From Eledone cirrhosa (lineage: Eukaryota): 64,000 nucleotides of DNA. Numbering within the stretch: position 1 is the first letter of the stretch; every line of letters starts with the position of its first letter. The DNA lies in assembly GCA_964016885.1 (NCBI GenBank), contig OZ024750.1, forward strand, positions 14,632,001 through 14,696,000. The letters are read 5' to 3'. The notes beneath the pieces are model-generated. The model was not told the origin of the DNA. It did no database searches and saw nothing but the letters and a program-made list of their open reading frames with translations. Below are positions 53,501 through 62,040 of this stretch, in pieces. Position numbers and translations under genes: made by a program.

Positions 53501-56500
53501 AAAACTAGTGTAATATCCACCTCCAAAGTGAAACCGGTGTAATAATCACTTCCAAAGTGAAACTGATGTAATAATAGACCTCCAAAGTGAAACCAATGTA
53601 ATATCCTCCTCCAAAGTGAAACCGGTGTAATAATCACCTCCAAAGTGAAACCAGTGTAATATCCTCCTCCAAAGTGAAACCAGTGTAATAATCACCTCCA
53701 AAGTGAAACCAGTGTAATATCCTCCTCCAAAGTAAAACAGGTGTAATATTCATCTCCAAAGTAAAACTGGTGTAATAATCACCTCCAAAGTGAAACCAGT
53801 GTAATATCCTCTTCCAAAGTAAAACTGGTGTAATATCCTCCTCCAAAGTAAAACTGGTGTAATATTCACCTCCAAAATAAAACTGGTGTAATATTCAGCT
53901 TTGACGTGAAACTGGTGTAATAACCATACTTCGTTGAATATGCAATTTAAGTGTAAAAGAATAGCAGAGCTTGGAAGAAGCTGGGTTTAAGAGGAATCCG
54001 AGGTGGTATGCAGGAGAGACTGCATTGGTATGGATATGTGATGCTCATGGACGATGATTGCTGGGTGAAGAAGTGTCAGATGATCCCAGTGGAAGGAAGC
54101 CACAGTAGAGGTAGACCAAGAAAGACATGGGCAGAGGTTGTGAGAGCTGACCTCAAATAGCCGAGACTCATAGAGATGATGAAGGAATGCGACGATGGGA
54201 GAGATGCCGTGCTGAGAAAGACTCGTCAAACCCATGCAAGCATAGAAAACCAGACGTAAAAACAATGTTTTGATGATGATGAGACAGGATTAAGTGAAAT
54301 ATTAGTCAATTCTTGAAATTCTTCAATACTTAAACTTTTATAATCAGTGGAAAGCAGTGTTGGGAGATAAAGACAAAAAGATAGATACATAGACATGTGG
54401 ATGGGTAAGAAAATAAACAAACATACACTCAGTTATAAATAATACACTATGTAAGTCACAGTTGTGATGTTGATGTTGATAATAAATGGAAAGAGAAAAA
54501 GTAAAATATATATAATAGAGAGAAAGGTGGGTGTTATAGTAGTTGAGTTGGCTACTGGTTGTGGTAATGTCACCACTACTACCAACATAATATATCTTTT
54601 AACACTTTTTTATTTATTTGTCAACACATCTCATCGTTGCTGAGTAAAATTTAAAATTGGCAGTTCATCTTACTGAATTATCAGTGTTTTGGATTGTCTC
54701 AAAAATCTTTAGAGGACAATATGATTCCCTGATGTAGTGTACATGACTTTATTACTTTTCTTTCTGATTAATTTTTAATGATGTTCCTTTTGTAAATTAT
54801 ATCTGCTACAAAACCTCCACATACCAAACACATTAAAATGTTAAAAAATGTGAATTGCAGTATGTTACTGTAATATAATACTACATACACAACAGCAGTA
54901 TGTTACTGCAATACAGTACTACATACACAATTACAGTATGGTACTGTAATATAATACTACATGCAGTTACAGTATGTTACTGTAATATAATATTATATGT
55001 GTCTCTAGATTTTATAATGATTTCATTGAAGATGAATAATTCCAGTGAGTCCACCTATTTTAAATATTATATTTCTTATTTTCCTGTTGTTGTTGTTATT
55101 ACTTCCGTTCACAAACACTAAAATTTAAGTTTGGAGGTGTCACTTTAGGTTTCTCATACGTCAGCAAAAATGGAACCAATGTGTCTTTCTAACACACACA
55201 TAGACAGACAATCTAACACACACACATAGACAGACAATCTAACACACACACATAGACAGACAATCTAACACACACACACACACAGACAGTCAATCTAACA
55301 TACACACATGGACAGAATCTAACACACACACATAGACAGACAATCTAACATACACACATACACAGACAATCTAACACACACACACATAGACAGACAATCT
55401 AACACACACATAGACAGACAATCTAACACAGAGACAGACAATCTAACACATACACACATAGACACAGACAATCTAACACACACATATACACACAGACAAT
55501 CTAACACACACACACATGCACAGACAATCTAACACACACACACACACATACACATAGACAATCTAACACACATATACATACAGACAATCAAACACACATA
55601 CACACAGACAATCAAAGATACACACAGACAATCTAACACACACACACATATACACCGACAATCTATTTACTAATATTAGATAAAGTTTTACTACAGAGAA
55701 AACCTAAGATGGAAACTATACTTTCTTGCAGCAAGTAAGAATTCAAATATTCCGGTAGAATATCTTGAGAGTTCAAATTCAATGTTGAGTCATCATAGAA
55801 ACATTGAAATTACAAACTAGTTGGTTGCCAATAAAAAATAAATTCTATCAAAATTGAACAAGAAAAAAAAAATCCCAAAGAGAGATGAAAGAGTAGAATC
55901 AATATGTTAATTTTAAATCACAACTATTGATGTCTCTTATATACCATACTGTCTCTTTTCAGTTTGCACTTAAAAAATTACCCCCCCCCCCCCTTCTTCA
56001 TTATATGTAACAGAACTCTTTTTAGAGATATGGGACACCATTTCTACATCAGTTGTAGTTTTGAAATGTGTATCAACTGAACAAACATGATTTTGCAAGG
56101 AAAGAAAAGACAAGACAAGACAAATTAATTAAACCTACAACCGTGATGTTTTATAATATCTTCATGAGCCAATGAGGGAACCTGCTATGATCTTAAAATA
56201 ATTCACTTGAAAATGTAACCCAAGTTACACAAAGCTTAAAAAAAAAATTGATTGTCATGATTGGAATGTATTTGATCATGAGATGAAACAGCAGCATTTC
56301 TGTTTTATCATCATCACTGTTTAACATTCATTTTCCATGCTTGCATGGATTAGATGTCATCCTTGTCAAGAGACAAGTCTAGCCAGAGTTGGCCACGCTG
56401 TACTTTGCTCCGACTAGGACAGTAAATTAAGCCAGAGATTTTACAGCTGGATGCCCTTTCTAACACCAACCACATTTACAGTGTGGAACTAGTTTATAAA

Positions 56501-59500
56501 CTCTAAACAGAAAGTGGAGATGATTTACATAGCTAATATAGGGTTAAATTTGATTCTGAACAGAAATTTTCATAGCAGTCAAATTTTCTGTCACAGCCAT
56601 TCAGTATGCAAAATAAGATGCTTCAAACTTTGATATTATATTGAAAAAATAAACAGAAAACTCCCAGAAAAATTGGTGGGATACAATAAGATCCAGAGTC
56701 TTCTAAAATATATATTTTTTCTCAATCTGGTGCTATGAGCAACAAAACATGTCTAAGAAAAGGGTTGTATACACACACGTAGGTAATATTCACAGTATAT
56801 GTTGAGTTACAAGTTACAAAAGATTTGGTTCTCATTACACCCCAGAAGTGTAGCAAATTATAAACATGAAAGAAGGTTCTGTATTGAAGGTGCTGAGACC
56901 AAACAGCTAAATCTATGATAATAACAATCTAAAAGAAATACCTCATCAAACTTGATTAGTGACAGCAATCAAAATAATGGAATTTAAAAGTTTACACTGA
57001 CGGATGGGCTGATTCAAATACTATATATTCCTTCCAATGGGTAACGACCTCCTTCGGTCATGAATTACCATGGGATTTGCACCTAGAAAGTTTCTCTCTA
57101 AAGCACAAGTCCATGCAAGGTTGCTTGTAGAAGACCAGCAGTTGCCCATGCATACCAACCTCTCCGCTCTACGCCACCGATGATGTCCAAGAGAAAGGCA
57201 ATGGTCGATACAGTTAGGCATCAGTGACATCACAACTCATTTCTACACTGGAACAGTGTGAAATAAAATGTCTCACAAACTTCCGATTGCAAGCCAATTA
57301 CTCTAACCACAAAGCCATGTGCTTTCAATGACTGACTGCAAAAACTACAAAATGGTAGCACTTGCAAATTGAGATGATTGAATTTGTGAAGATGAAGAAG
57401 CTGATAATAGCATAAGGCTATGTGAATTAAAGTGTTTACTGTGAAAATATAATACTAAATATAAAGTAATGTAAATGCTAAAGGGTTATGGGATATTTCA
57501 AATAATGTACAAGCATTACTTTAAAGTTAGTTGAAGAAAGAAGATGAAGTAGAATACTATTTATTCTGTTTGTAAAACATGTCACATACTAGTTTGTAAA
57601 TACCAAACACTCAGAGAGGAAAAAAAACAGTCAGAGAATTCAGGCTTAAAAAATGTCATGAAAGCTTTTGACAAATTAATGAATTAAAAATAAATATTGA
57701 ACAACATGTTTGACTTTTACACCCATCTCCCTTCTGATTACCGAATACTGAAGTTGGCACATTACTGCACCAGCTTCTGCAAGGAGACCAAAGGGTAGAC
57801 CTCTAGCAAGATGGTTGGAAAACAAGATCCAGCCAGATCAATTGGAGACAGTTGCTTCTGACAGGACCTGCTGGGAGAAGTGTTTATGGGCTTTGCTCCC
57901 ATGAACCTCTCAGGAATAAGTGGGCAATAAAGATATTGAACTACATCTGTCGTGTGTGGCCTTATTGGCAGAATGACCCTCGTAAAATATAACATCTACT
58001 TTTAGATATTTTCTACTAAATTGTTACAGGATGTTAAGAGTTAATAACACTCTGCACCTAAAGCTAATAGACATATGCTAAAAATACTTATAGTGTTCTT
58101 TCTACATTTTTGTTAGAATAATTTGCCTATATAATGGAACAATAATTTCAAAATATATATGATGATTAATTTTGATAACTATCACAAGATTTAGATTTGC
58201 TTACTTTGTGTACAAGGAAGTAAAAAGTAGAAAAAAAAGCATTTATCAGCTTTTTGTCATGTTTTGGACACAGATCTGCAAAATAAACTGTTTATCTGTT
58301 GAAGAACATTTGTTTATCCTAATCTTACTGCTAATAATGGATGATATAGTGTTTACTTATATGTATTCTAAAAACCATCATCTTTCATCTCATGACAATT
58401 TACCCAGTTCTCAGTTATTTTATTATATGAGTCATCTTTTTGTCCAGATTTTTATTTACAAACCTTTTCCTTGGCTCACATGAACATCTGTTCTGTATTG
58501 TCTCCAATGTATTCCTGGTGTCACATTTTATTGTTGGGTGATATCAACTTCAGGAACATGTACCATAAAAGAAAAATTGTATGGTACATGTTCCTGAAGT
58601 TGATATCACCCAACAATAAAATGTGACACCAGGAATACATTGGAGACAATACAGAACAGATGTTCATGTGAGCCAAGGAAAAAGTTTGTAAATAAAAATC
58701 TGGACAAAAAGATGACTCATATAATAAAATAACTGAGAACTGGGTAAATTGTCATGAGATGAAAGATGATGGTTTTTAGAATACATATAAGTAAACACTA
58801 TATCATCCATTATTAGCAGTAAGATTAGGATAAACAAATGTTCTTCAACAGATAAACAGTTTATTTTGCAGATCTGTGTCCAAAACATGACAAAAAGCTG
58901 ATAAATGCTTTTTTTTCTACTTTTTACTTCCTTGTACACAAAGTAAGCAAAACTAAATCTTGTGATAGTTATCAAAATTAATCATCATATATATTTTGAA
59001 ATTATTGTTCCATTATATAGGCAAATTATTCTAACAAAAATGTAGAAAGAACACTATAAGTATTTTTAGCATATGTCTATTAGCTTTAGGTGCAGAGTGT
59101 TATTAACTCTTAACATCCTGTAACAATTTAGTAGAAAATATCTAAAAGTAGATGTTATATTTTACGAGGGTCATTCTGCCAATAAGGCCACACACCACAG
59201 ATGTAGTTCAATATCTTTATTGCCCACTTATTCCTGAGAGGGTCATGGGAGCAAAGCCCATAAAACACTTCTCCCAGCAGGTCCTGTCAGAAGCAACTGT
59301 CTCCAATTGATCTGGCTGGATCTTGTTTTCCAACCATCTTGCTAGAGGTCTACCCTTTGGTCTCCTGCTGGATGGTTTTGTACATAAAATCTGCCCAGTG
59401 ATTCTTTCCTTAAACATTCTAACCACTTATCCATAGTATTGGAGCTGTGATCTCTCAATTCAGAGAAGTAGTGACTCTACCTGGAGCGGCTCGCTGATCT

Positions 59501-60762
59501 CTGAGCTACACACTGTATTGAGTAACATTACTCCAAAGACGTTTCGGAGGAACCCCATTTCAGCCGCTTGTATTCGCGATCATATTTTTTCAGTCATTAC
59601 CCAAGATTCATGACCATGTGGAAGGGTTGGTACGAATAATGGAAGGCAGGGGGCTGAATTAAGTGCAAGAATTGCAGAAGCTGGTGCAGTAATGTGCCAA
59701 CTTCAGTATTCGGTAATCAGAAGGGAGATGGGTGTAAAAGTCAAACATGTTGTTCAATATTTATTTTTAATTCATTAATTTGTCAAAAGCTTTCATGACA
59801 TTTTTTAAGCCTGAATTCTCTGACTGTTTTTTTCCTCTCTGAGTGTTTGATATTTACAAACTAGTATGTGACATGTTTTACAAACAGAATAAATAGTATT
59901 CTACTTCATCTTCTTTCTTCAACTAACTTTAAAGTAATGCTTGTACATTATTTGAAATATCCCATAACCCTTTAGCATTTACATTACTTTATATTTAGTA
60001 TTATATTTTCACAGTAAACACTTTAATTCACATAATTATCTCACATAATATTGAATCTGAGATTTTCATATTTATTTTGAGAACAATACCTTAACATCAG
60101 TATGAGGGGCCGTTATGTCTGGTTTGAACAGAAAGAGGTAAGAGAAATCTGGCTGGATATGGCCGGTTTAAATGTTAAAGGGTTAAGAAATATGGACATA
60201 TATGAAGGTGCTAAGTTATTTTTTTTTAATACAGAGGAATTTGGTAAAGTATATATATACATATATTTATTATGACAGTGGTAACTTTCCTAATTATTTG
60301 TAGGTCTGTAAATTAGAAACTCTTACATGGTTACTTTATGGCAAGTTAATTAATAATTAATTCAATCTTTAATGAACTATAGTCTACCACATCCTGAGAT
60401 GAAGAGAAAGCTATACTCACGTAACCCTGCCCATGTACTCCTACCACATATAAGAGAGAGAAAGCTATAATCATGTGACCCCCACCCACCCCTGTCATAT
60501 ATAAGAGAGAGAATTATAATCATGCAACCCCCCACCTCCTGCCACATATAAAAGAGAGAGAGAGCTATAATCACATAACCCCACCCACTCCTACCACATA
60601 AAAAACATTTAAATGGTGGTGATAATGAAGATAAAAAAATACTTACTTAAGTTTTCCAGCATATTCCAATTCAATTGCACACCTTTCCTTTAAAAAATGA
60701 GTATATTTTTCACATACTTCAATACCTTTGCATGTGTGGGATGATATATTATCATACTGGTC
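5283..60762 (-). CDS. FNBP1L: Spliced CDS (5'-partial) of a CIP4/FBP17/TOCA-1 family protein: F-BAR, HR1 and SH3 domains, 13 exons in the window, 556 aa plus stop
   Basis: Manual exon chaining with GT-AG sites and consistent phases. Family-typical motifs: DQYDNISSH…[99 protein letters not shown]…GFVPSSY. The symbol marks the family; the exact paralog name cannot be resolved. Confidence 0.95.
5765..5904 (-). CDS. FNBP1L: Exon E13 (140 nt), acidic linker plus start of SH3: PIAGGEDG…[21 protein letters not shown]
   Basis: tttttcag acceptor, AG|gtaacc donor, phase 2 to 1; ALYxF SH3 motif. Confidence 0.95.
6014..6028 (-). CDS. Candidate 15-nt microexon (NTSM-R), phase 2 to 2, 109 nt upstream of E13
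   Basis: U-rich tract …gttttaaaattacag|TAACACTTCCATGAG|gtaaat; AG|GT donor; in frame. Confidence 0.5.
7357..7411 (-). CDS. Candidate alternative terminal exon ([17 protein letters not shown]), phase 2, SH3-less
   Basis: ttcatttatag acceptor after a long U-rich region; AATAAA hexamers near 7022-7032 (minus); could instead be a degenerate (ATC)n microsatellite. Confidence 0.25.
8131..8640 (-). mobile_element. Three SINE family A copies in tandem (long subtype; the third is partial)
   Basis: Repeated aggcacaaggcc…ggtactttatttta…aggatgaaaggc…ggatttgaactcag units separated by (AAT)n. Confidence 0.85.
8732..9159 (+). repeat. 35-bp G-rich minisatellite, ~12 copies (tggaatgggtacgtttggggtggagagtacagttg)
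   Basis: Direct inspection; explains the overlapping ORFs at 8703-9475. Confidence 0.97.
9400..9900 (-). mobile_element. Degenerate CR1/L2-like LINE 3' fragment
   Basis: Minus strand encodes LWNTLP..IFP and MFKLGVNHL, resembling the CR1/L2 ORF2 C-terminus. Confidence 0.5.
10947..10963 (-). CDS. Candidate 17-nt stop-containing exon encoding CLVS* (CaaX box) in phase 2
   Basis: ctttgtttttctgcacctaacaatatcaccag|A TGT CTT GTA TCA TGA T|gtaagc; CCTAAC branch-like motif; strong donor. Confidence 0.4.
11009..11011 (-). CDS. Candidate 3-nt microexon AAG
   Basis: ttctctgtttatattttgctgttacccag|AAG|gtaatt; strong tract with UGC near the AG; preserves frame. Confidence 0.35.
11969..12032. repeat. (TA)n microsatellite; other TA/CA-rich blocks at 3760-3952, 12249-12278, 16800-16823, 17039-17063 and 17520-17562
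   Basis: Direct inspection. Confidence 0.95.
12032..12248 (-). mobile_element. Small hammerhead-bearing Penelope-like/retrozyme insert within (TA)n
   Basis: Flanked on both sides by (TA)n arrays; hammerhead enclosed by the inverted repeat attaagagagta/tactctcttaat. Confidence 0.6.
12071..12124 (-). ncRNA. Type I minimal hammerhead ribozyme, sense to the host pre-mRNA, with imperfect stem I
   Basis: Minus strand: GTTTTAATTG cc CTGATGA GTCCT-TAAT-AGGAC GAAA CATTG TC^ CAATAAAAAC; GUC triplet; AATAAA directly after the cleavage site. Confidence 0.75.
13361..13393 (-). CDS. Candidate 33-nt cassette exon ([10 protein letters not shown]), phase 2 to 2
   Basis: tttttctctctttatttag|GCACGG…AAATGG|gtatga; GC-richer island with two CpGs in very AT-rich, repeat-free flanks. 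Confidence 0.7.
14289..14312 (-). CDS. Candidate 24-nt microexon (CRFHFIV), phase 2 to 2
   Basis: tgcttgcttgctgtctatttttgtgttatag|GTGTCG…GTGTG|gttagc; UGC-rich 3' splice site; the gene uses GTTAG donors elsewhere. Confidence 0.35.
14654..14716 (-). CDS. Candidate 63-nt cassette exon ([20 protein letters not shown]), phase 2 to 2
   Basis: tttactttcacctgtttgtctag acceptor, AA|gtaaga donor; open only in the phase this intron requires. Confidence 0.45.
16025..16385 (+). mobile_element. Penelope-like pLTR fragment with a 5' palindrome, a hammerhead and a poly(A) signal, ending in (TA)n
   Basis: Perfect 54-bp palindrome 16025-16078, hammerhead 16167-16221, AATAAA, (TA)n end. Confidence 0.6.
16167..16221 (+). 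ncRNA. Type I minimal hammerhead ribozyme (intact core), Penelope/retrozyme-type
   Basis: Stem I ACTGC/GCAGT; core CTGAAGA; stem II GGTcACAGCCA-AAGA-TGGCTGTcACC; GAAA; palindromic stem III TATATA; AUA cleavage after 16216; AATAAA at 16222-16227. Confidence 0.85.
16826..17039 (-). mobile_element. tRNA-derived SINE family B (CORE-like central segment); related copies near 38530-38800, 51020-51275 and 57020-57325
   Basis: Minus strand: gtggctgagtgattag (A box), gagttcaattccc (B box), gtccttgagcaagacacttta. Confidence 0.7.
20086..20285 (+). mobile_element. piggyBac-type non-autonomous MITE (~200 bp), copy 1
   Basis: TTAA|CCCTTTA…TAAAGGG|TTAA termini; same family as six other copies. Confidence 0.85.
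20754..20957 (+). mobile_element. piggyBac-type MITE, copy 2
   Basis: TTAA|CCCTTTAGCATTT…; decayed right TIR; TTAA. Confidence 0.8.
22010..22885 (-). mobile_element. SINE family A cluster (degenerate 22010-22125, plus 22134-22322 and 22683-22885)
   Basis: Same diagnostic motifs. Confidence 0.8.
23204..23352 (-). CDS. FNBP1L: Exon E12 (149 nt), Ser-rich linker: [49 protein letters not shown]
   Basis: gttacag acceptor, GC|gtgagt donor, phase 0 to 2. Confidence 0.9.
24055..24459 (+). repeat. 48-bp minisatellite, ~8.4 copies (tttacagtgtgggctgggtgctttttgctgtgtcttttacacaaccac)
   Basis: Direct inspection; 16-aa periodicity in the ORFs. Confidence 0.97.
24518..24650 (-). CDS. FNBP1L: Exon E11 (133 nt), HR1: [44 protein letters not shown]
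   Basis: tttggtag acceptor, AG|gtaaac donor, phase 2 to 0; KMKDVY..NP.LGD motif. Confidence 0.95.
25146..25258 (-). CDS. FNBP1L: Exon E10 (113 nt), start of HR1: [37 protein letters not shown]
   Basis: atttcag acceptor, AG|gtattt donor, phase 0 to 2. Confidence 0.95.
25907..27010 (-). mobile_element. SINE family A cluster; the last copy is split by a LINE fragment
   Basis: Copies at ~25907-26102, ~26130-26270 and 26334-26412 plus ~26893-27010. Confidence 0.7.
26413..26890 (-). mobile_element. RTE-clade LINE fragment, AP-endonuclease region
   Basis: ORF 26386..26607 [10 protein letters not shown]…[15 protein letters not shown]…GPYGFG…NG resembles the RTE APE motif GDxNAxVG. Confidence 0.75.
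28173..28187 (-). CDS. Candidate 15-nt microexon (IIGLL), phase 0, immediately before the HR1 exon
   Basis: Long U/UC tract ttttttgtttcatttttctctctcaaaag|ATCATTGGATTACTG|gtatgt; upstream UGCUGC; downstream UGCAUG (plus 28110-28115); repeat-free flanks. Confidence 0.7.
29295..29315 (-). CDS. Candidate 21-nt microexon (ARWISKS), phase 0
   Basis: cttattcacatag|GCAAGATGGATATCCAAATCT|gtaagt; in frame in the E9-E10 phase-0 intron; weak pyrimidine tract. Confidence 0.4.
33034..33241 (+). mobile_element. piggyBac-type MITE, copy 3
   Basis: CCCTTTAGCATTT…AAATGTTAAAGGG|TTAA. Confidence 0.85.
34661..34882 (-). CDS. FNBP1L: Exon E9 (222 nt): end of F-BAR plus linker, [13 protein letters not shown]…[14 protein letters not shown]
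   Basis: ttttcaag acceptor (AAG), AG|gtgagc donor; lies within ORF 34646..34972. Confidence 0.95.
35218..35384 (-). mobile_element. SINE family A, short subtype
   Basis: Diagnostic motifs. Confidence 0.85.
35432..35578 (-). CDS. FNBP1L: Exon E8 (147 nt): [49 protein letters not shown]
   Basis: tttttaag acceptor (AAG), AG|gttagt donor, phase 0 to 0. Confidence 0.95.
35957..36172 (-). mobile_element. SINE family A
   Basis: Diagnostic motifs. Confidence 0.8.
37314..37512 (+). mobile_element. piggyBac-type MITE, copy 4
   Basis: TTAA|CCCTTTAGC…; internal gaattctctcacctctttctgttcaaac shared with the other copies. Confidence 0.8.
37842..37970 (-). CDS. FNBP1L: Exon E7 (129 nt): [43 protein letters not shown]
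   Basis: ttttctag acceptor, AG|gtgaga donor, phase 0 to 0. Confidence 0.95.
38200..39070. mobile_element. Degenerate RTE fragments: plus-strand …[10 protein letters not shown] (~38200-38520) and minus-strand RT remnant [12 protein letters not shown] (~38800-39070), around a SINE
   Basis: Decayed YADD motif in ORF 38919..39107; GSETW motif. Confidence 0.6.
39127..39231 (-). CDS. FNBP1L: Exon E6 (105 nt): [35 protein letters not shown]
   Basis: tttttcag acceptor, gtaaat donor, phase 0 to 0. Confidence 0.95.
39285..40267 (+). repeat. Minisatellite: four to five 30-bp units followed by ~21 units of 37/40 bp (agcagcagtggtagaaatgatgagagataaagttagttag)
   Basis: Direct inspection. Confidence 0.97.
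40514..40924 (-). mobile_element. Two SINE family A copies in tandem
   Basis: 40514-40686 and 40702-40924. Confidence 0.85.
41056..41118 (-). CDS. FNBP1L: Exon E5 (63 nt): [21 protein letters not shown]
   Basis: tttttag acceptor, AG|gtgagt donor, phase 0 to 0. Confidence 0.9.
41762..41909 (-). CDS. FNBP1L: Exon E4 (148 nt): [49 protein letters not shown]
   Basis: ttttgtag acceptor, AG|gttagt donor, phase 2 to 0; conserved AGQHE motif. Confidence 0.95.
41937..42135 (-). mobile_element. piggyBac-type MITE, copy 5 (reverse), 27 nt from the E4 acceptor
   Basis: Reverse complement of copies 1-4; TTAA at 41933-41936. Confidence 0.85.
47295..47405 (-). mobile_element. SINE family A, 5'-truncated
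   Basis: Tail and central domain up to the B box. Confidence 0.8.
50184..50234 (-). CDS. FNBP1L: Exon E3 (51 nt): [16 protein letters not shown]
   Basis: Polypyrimidine tract plus cccag acceptor, CA|gtaagt donor, phase 2 to 2. Confidence 0.93.
50434..50645 (-). mobile_element. piggyBac-type MITE, copy 6 (reverse)
   Basis: TTAA|CCCTTTA…TAAAGGG|TTAA. Confidence 0.85.
51494..52720 (-). mobile_element. 5'-truncated RTE-clade LINE (3' end of the ORF with a Cys/His zinc-finger-like segment, 3' UTR, (GAT)n tail), nested in a family-B SINE
   Basis: ORFs 52182..52652 ([23 protein letters not shown]…FRYLG…HGSETW) and 51873..52073 (GRPRKTW), separated by one stop; SINE halves at ~51453-51493 and ~52722-52905. 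Confidence 0.9.
53465..53925 (+). repeat. 29-bp minisatellite, ~16 copies (ctccaaagtgaaaccagtgtaatatcctc), inside a dispersed element with an inverted relative at ~46645-46960
   Basis: Direct inspection; flanking sequence 53240-53465 matches the reverse complement of 46760-46960. Confidence 0.9.
53940..54283 (+). mobile_element. RTE LINE 3' fragment
   Basis: RRLHWYGYV…CWVKKC…RGRPRKTW plus (GAT)n tail. Confidence 0.8.
54857..54995 (+). repeat. ~38-bp tandem repeat, ~3.5 copies
   Basis: cagtatgttactgtaatataatactacatacacaa units. Confidence 0.8.
55188..55664 (+). repeat. Compound (CA)n-containing minisatellite (acagacaatctaa-(ca)n-tag)
   Basis: Direct inspection. Confidence 0.95.
57419..60034. 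repeat. Long inverted duplication: arms 57419-58567 and 58580-60034, 12-nt loop; the right arm has an extra 306 bp (59367-59672)
   Basis: Mirror ORFs 58172..58483(+) and 58664..58975(-); by eye about 5 substitutions and two 1-nt indels over ~1150 paired bases. Confidence 0.97.
59213..59635 (-). mobile_element. RTE-like LINE 3' fragment (second family); relatives at ~14930-15265(+), ~46225-46560(-) and mirror 57782-57935
   Basis: Translates to ESWVMT…[11 protein letters not shown]…RRPKGRP.ARW. Confidence 0.75.
59968..60182 (-). mobile_element. piggyBac-type MITE, copy 7 (reverse); a partial mirror copy lies at 57419-~57486
   Basis: CCCTTTAGCATTT…AAATGTTAAAGGG|TTAA. Confidence 0.85.
60405..60601 (+). 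repeat. Degenerate ~54-bp tandem repeat, ~3.5 copies, next to the E2 donor
   Basis: Recurring gagagaaagctataatca…cccac…ccacatataa. Confidence 0.75.
60647..60762 (-). CDS. FNBP1L: Exon E2 (116 nt), start of F-BAR/FCH: [38 protein letters not shown]
   Basis: ttacag acceptor, AA|gtaagt donor, phase 0 to 2. Confidence 0.95.
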
Positions 60763-61559
60763 CTGTAATTAAAAACATTATTTTTAGTGGAAATTATACA
60801 ACTGAAGCAAAATATAGAAAATACATGACATAGGCTTTAAAAAAATATTTACCTTTTAACAATAAGTTAATATTTTAATTGTTACTAACCAATATACATT
60901 TCTAATATACTTTTAATATTCAAAATGCTAACCTTAAACATAAAATAAATTGCTTTATTAATCAACACATTAATGAACAAAAATGAAGTAGACTCTAACT
61001 TCTAATATGAACACTTCACTTATATTTTAAATATATTTCTGGAATATACATCAGTACATACGTAATATACAATGGGCTACTTACCAAAGCTAAACATTAA
61101 AAATACAATAGTGTTAATTGCAATACTTTTTATCACAAAAAAAAATATAAAAAAGCTGCCAAATATATGCAGTCATAAAATTAGCAAACTGACAAAGAAA
61201 TAAAACAGTAACTGCTAGGAGGGTAATTGGAAGTAATTTAGAAAATGGTTGCCTTTGTTTATATTACATTAACAACCAGATCATATTTGAACTAAAAAGA
61301 AAGGTTCTGAGCAGACAATTAACCTGCTAAAACTAGCAGTCATATCTCCCACAAATCATGTTGTACTGTTTTGTATGAAGGACATATAGGACAAAACGAT
61401 GATCACTAATATCTTCCATAAAGCCAGATTTATTGGGGACCAGTTCTCCTACGTCACTTAACAGTGGTTCATGGCCTTGAGAAATGAAGCAAAAACAATG
61501 CCTTTGCATTGGACAATATCTTGCATGAGAATTTCCTGGCTAAACTGTTAATCTATGAG

Positions 61560-62040
61560 CTCCATCTGAAAGAAAACATCTCATCTCTTGGATGAAAAGC
61601 TTTCTGTCAGACTGGACCATCTCAATATCAACTCTTGTTGCCTTATAGTTCAGTTATATTTCCCACTATCTTCCTCCTGTAGATCAATGACCTACTTGCT
61701 GCCACTTCTAACAATACCCACCACTCTTGTGCAGAGGATACCACTCTTCACTATTCATTTTCACACAGGCCTCATGCACATGCAACCTAAACACTTCACA
61801 TAAAATGTCAATCTGGTTTCTTTCAACACAACCACAGACACAATCACTGCACCTCCTGCTCTCCAAACTTAGACAACAATCACTGATACTTTCTGGTGAG
61901 CTCACATACATAACATAGTAAAAACTGCATCCCAAAATTTAGCCTTTCTCTTCAAGGCCAGAAAATACTTCAGTTTCAAACAGTTGCTGACACAAGAAAG
62001 CTCAAGTGGGAACTACAATGGAACTCTACTTTAATATCTA
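61560..62040 (+). mobile_element. Degenerate CR1/L2-like RT fragment
   Basis: HIHNIVKTASQNLAFLFKARKYFS..QLL resembles the post-RT region of CR1/L2. Confidence 0.6.

Noticed and set aside
53465-53925. CRISPR-like periodicity (also at 39285-40267)
   Set aside because: No unique spacers, no cas genes, eukaryotic intron; these are plain tandem repeats
58172-58975. Twin 103-aa convergent ORFs that look like a duplicated gene
   Set aside because: Mirror images created by the inverted duplication; non-ATG start, no recognisable domain
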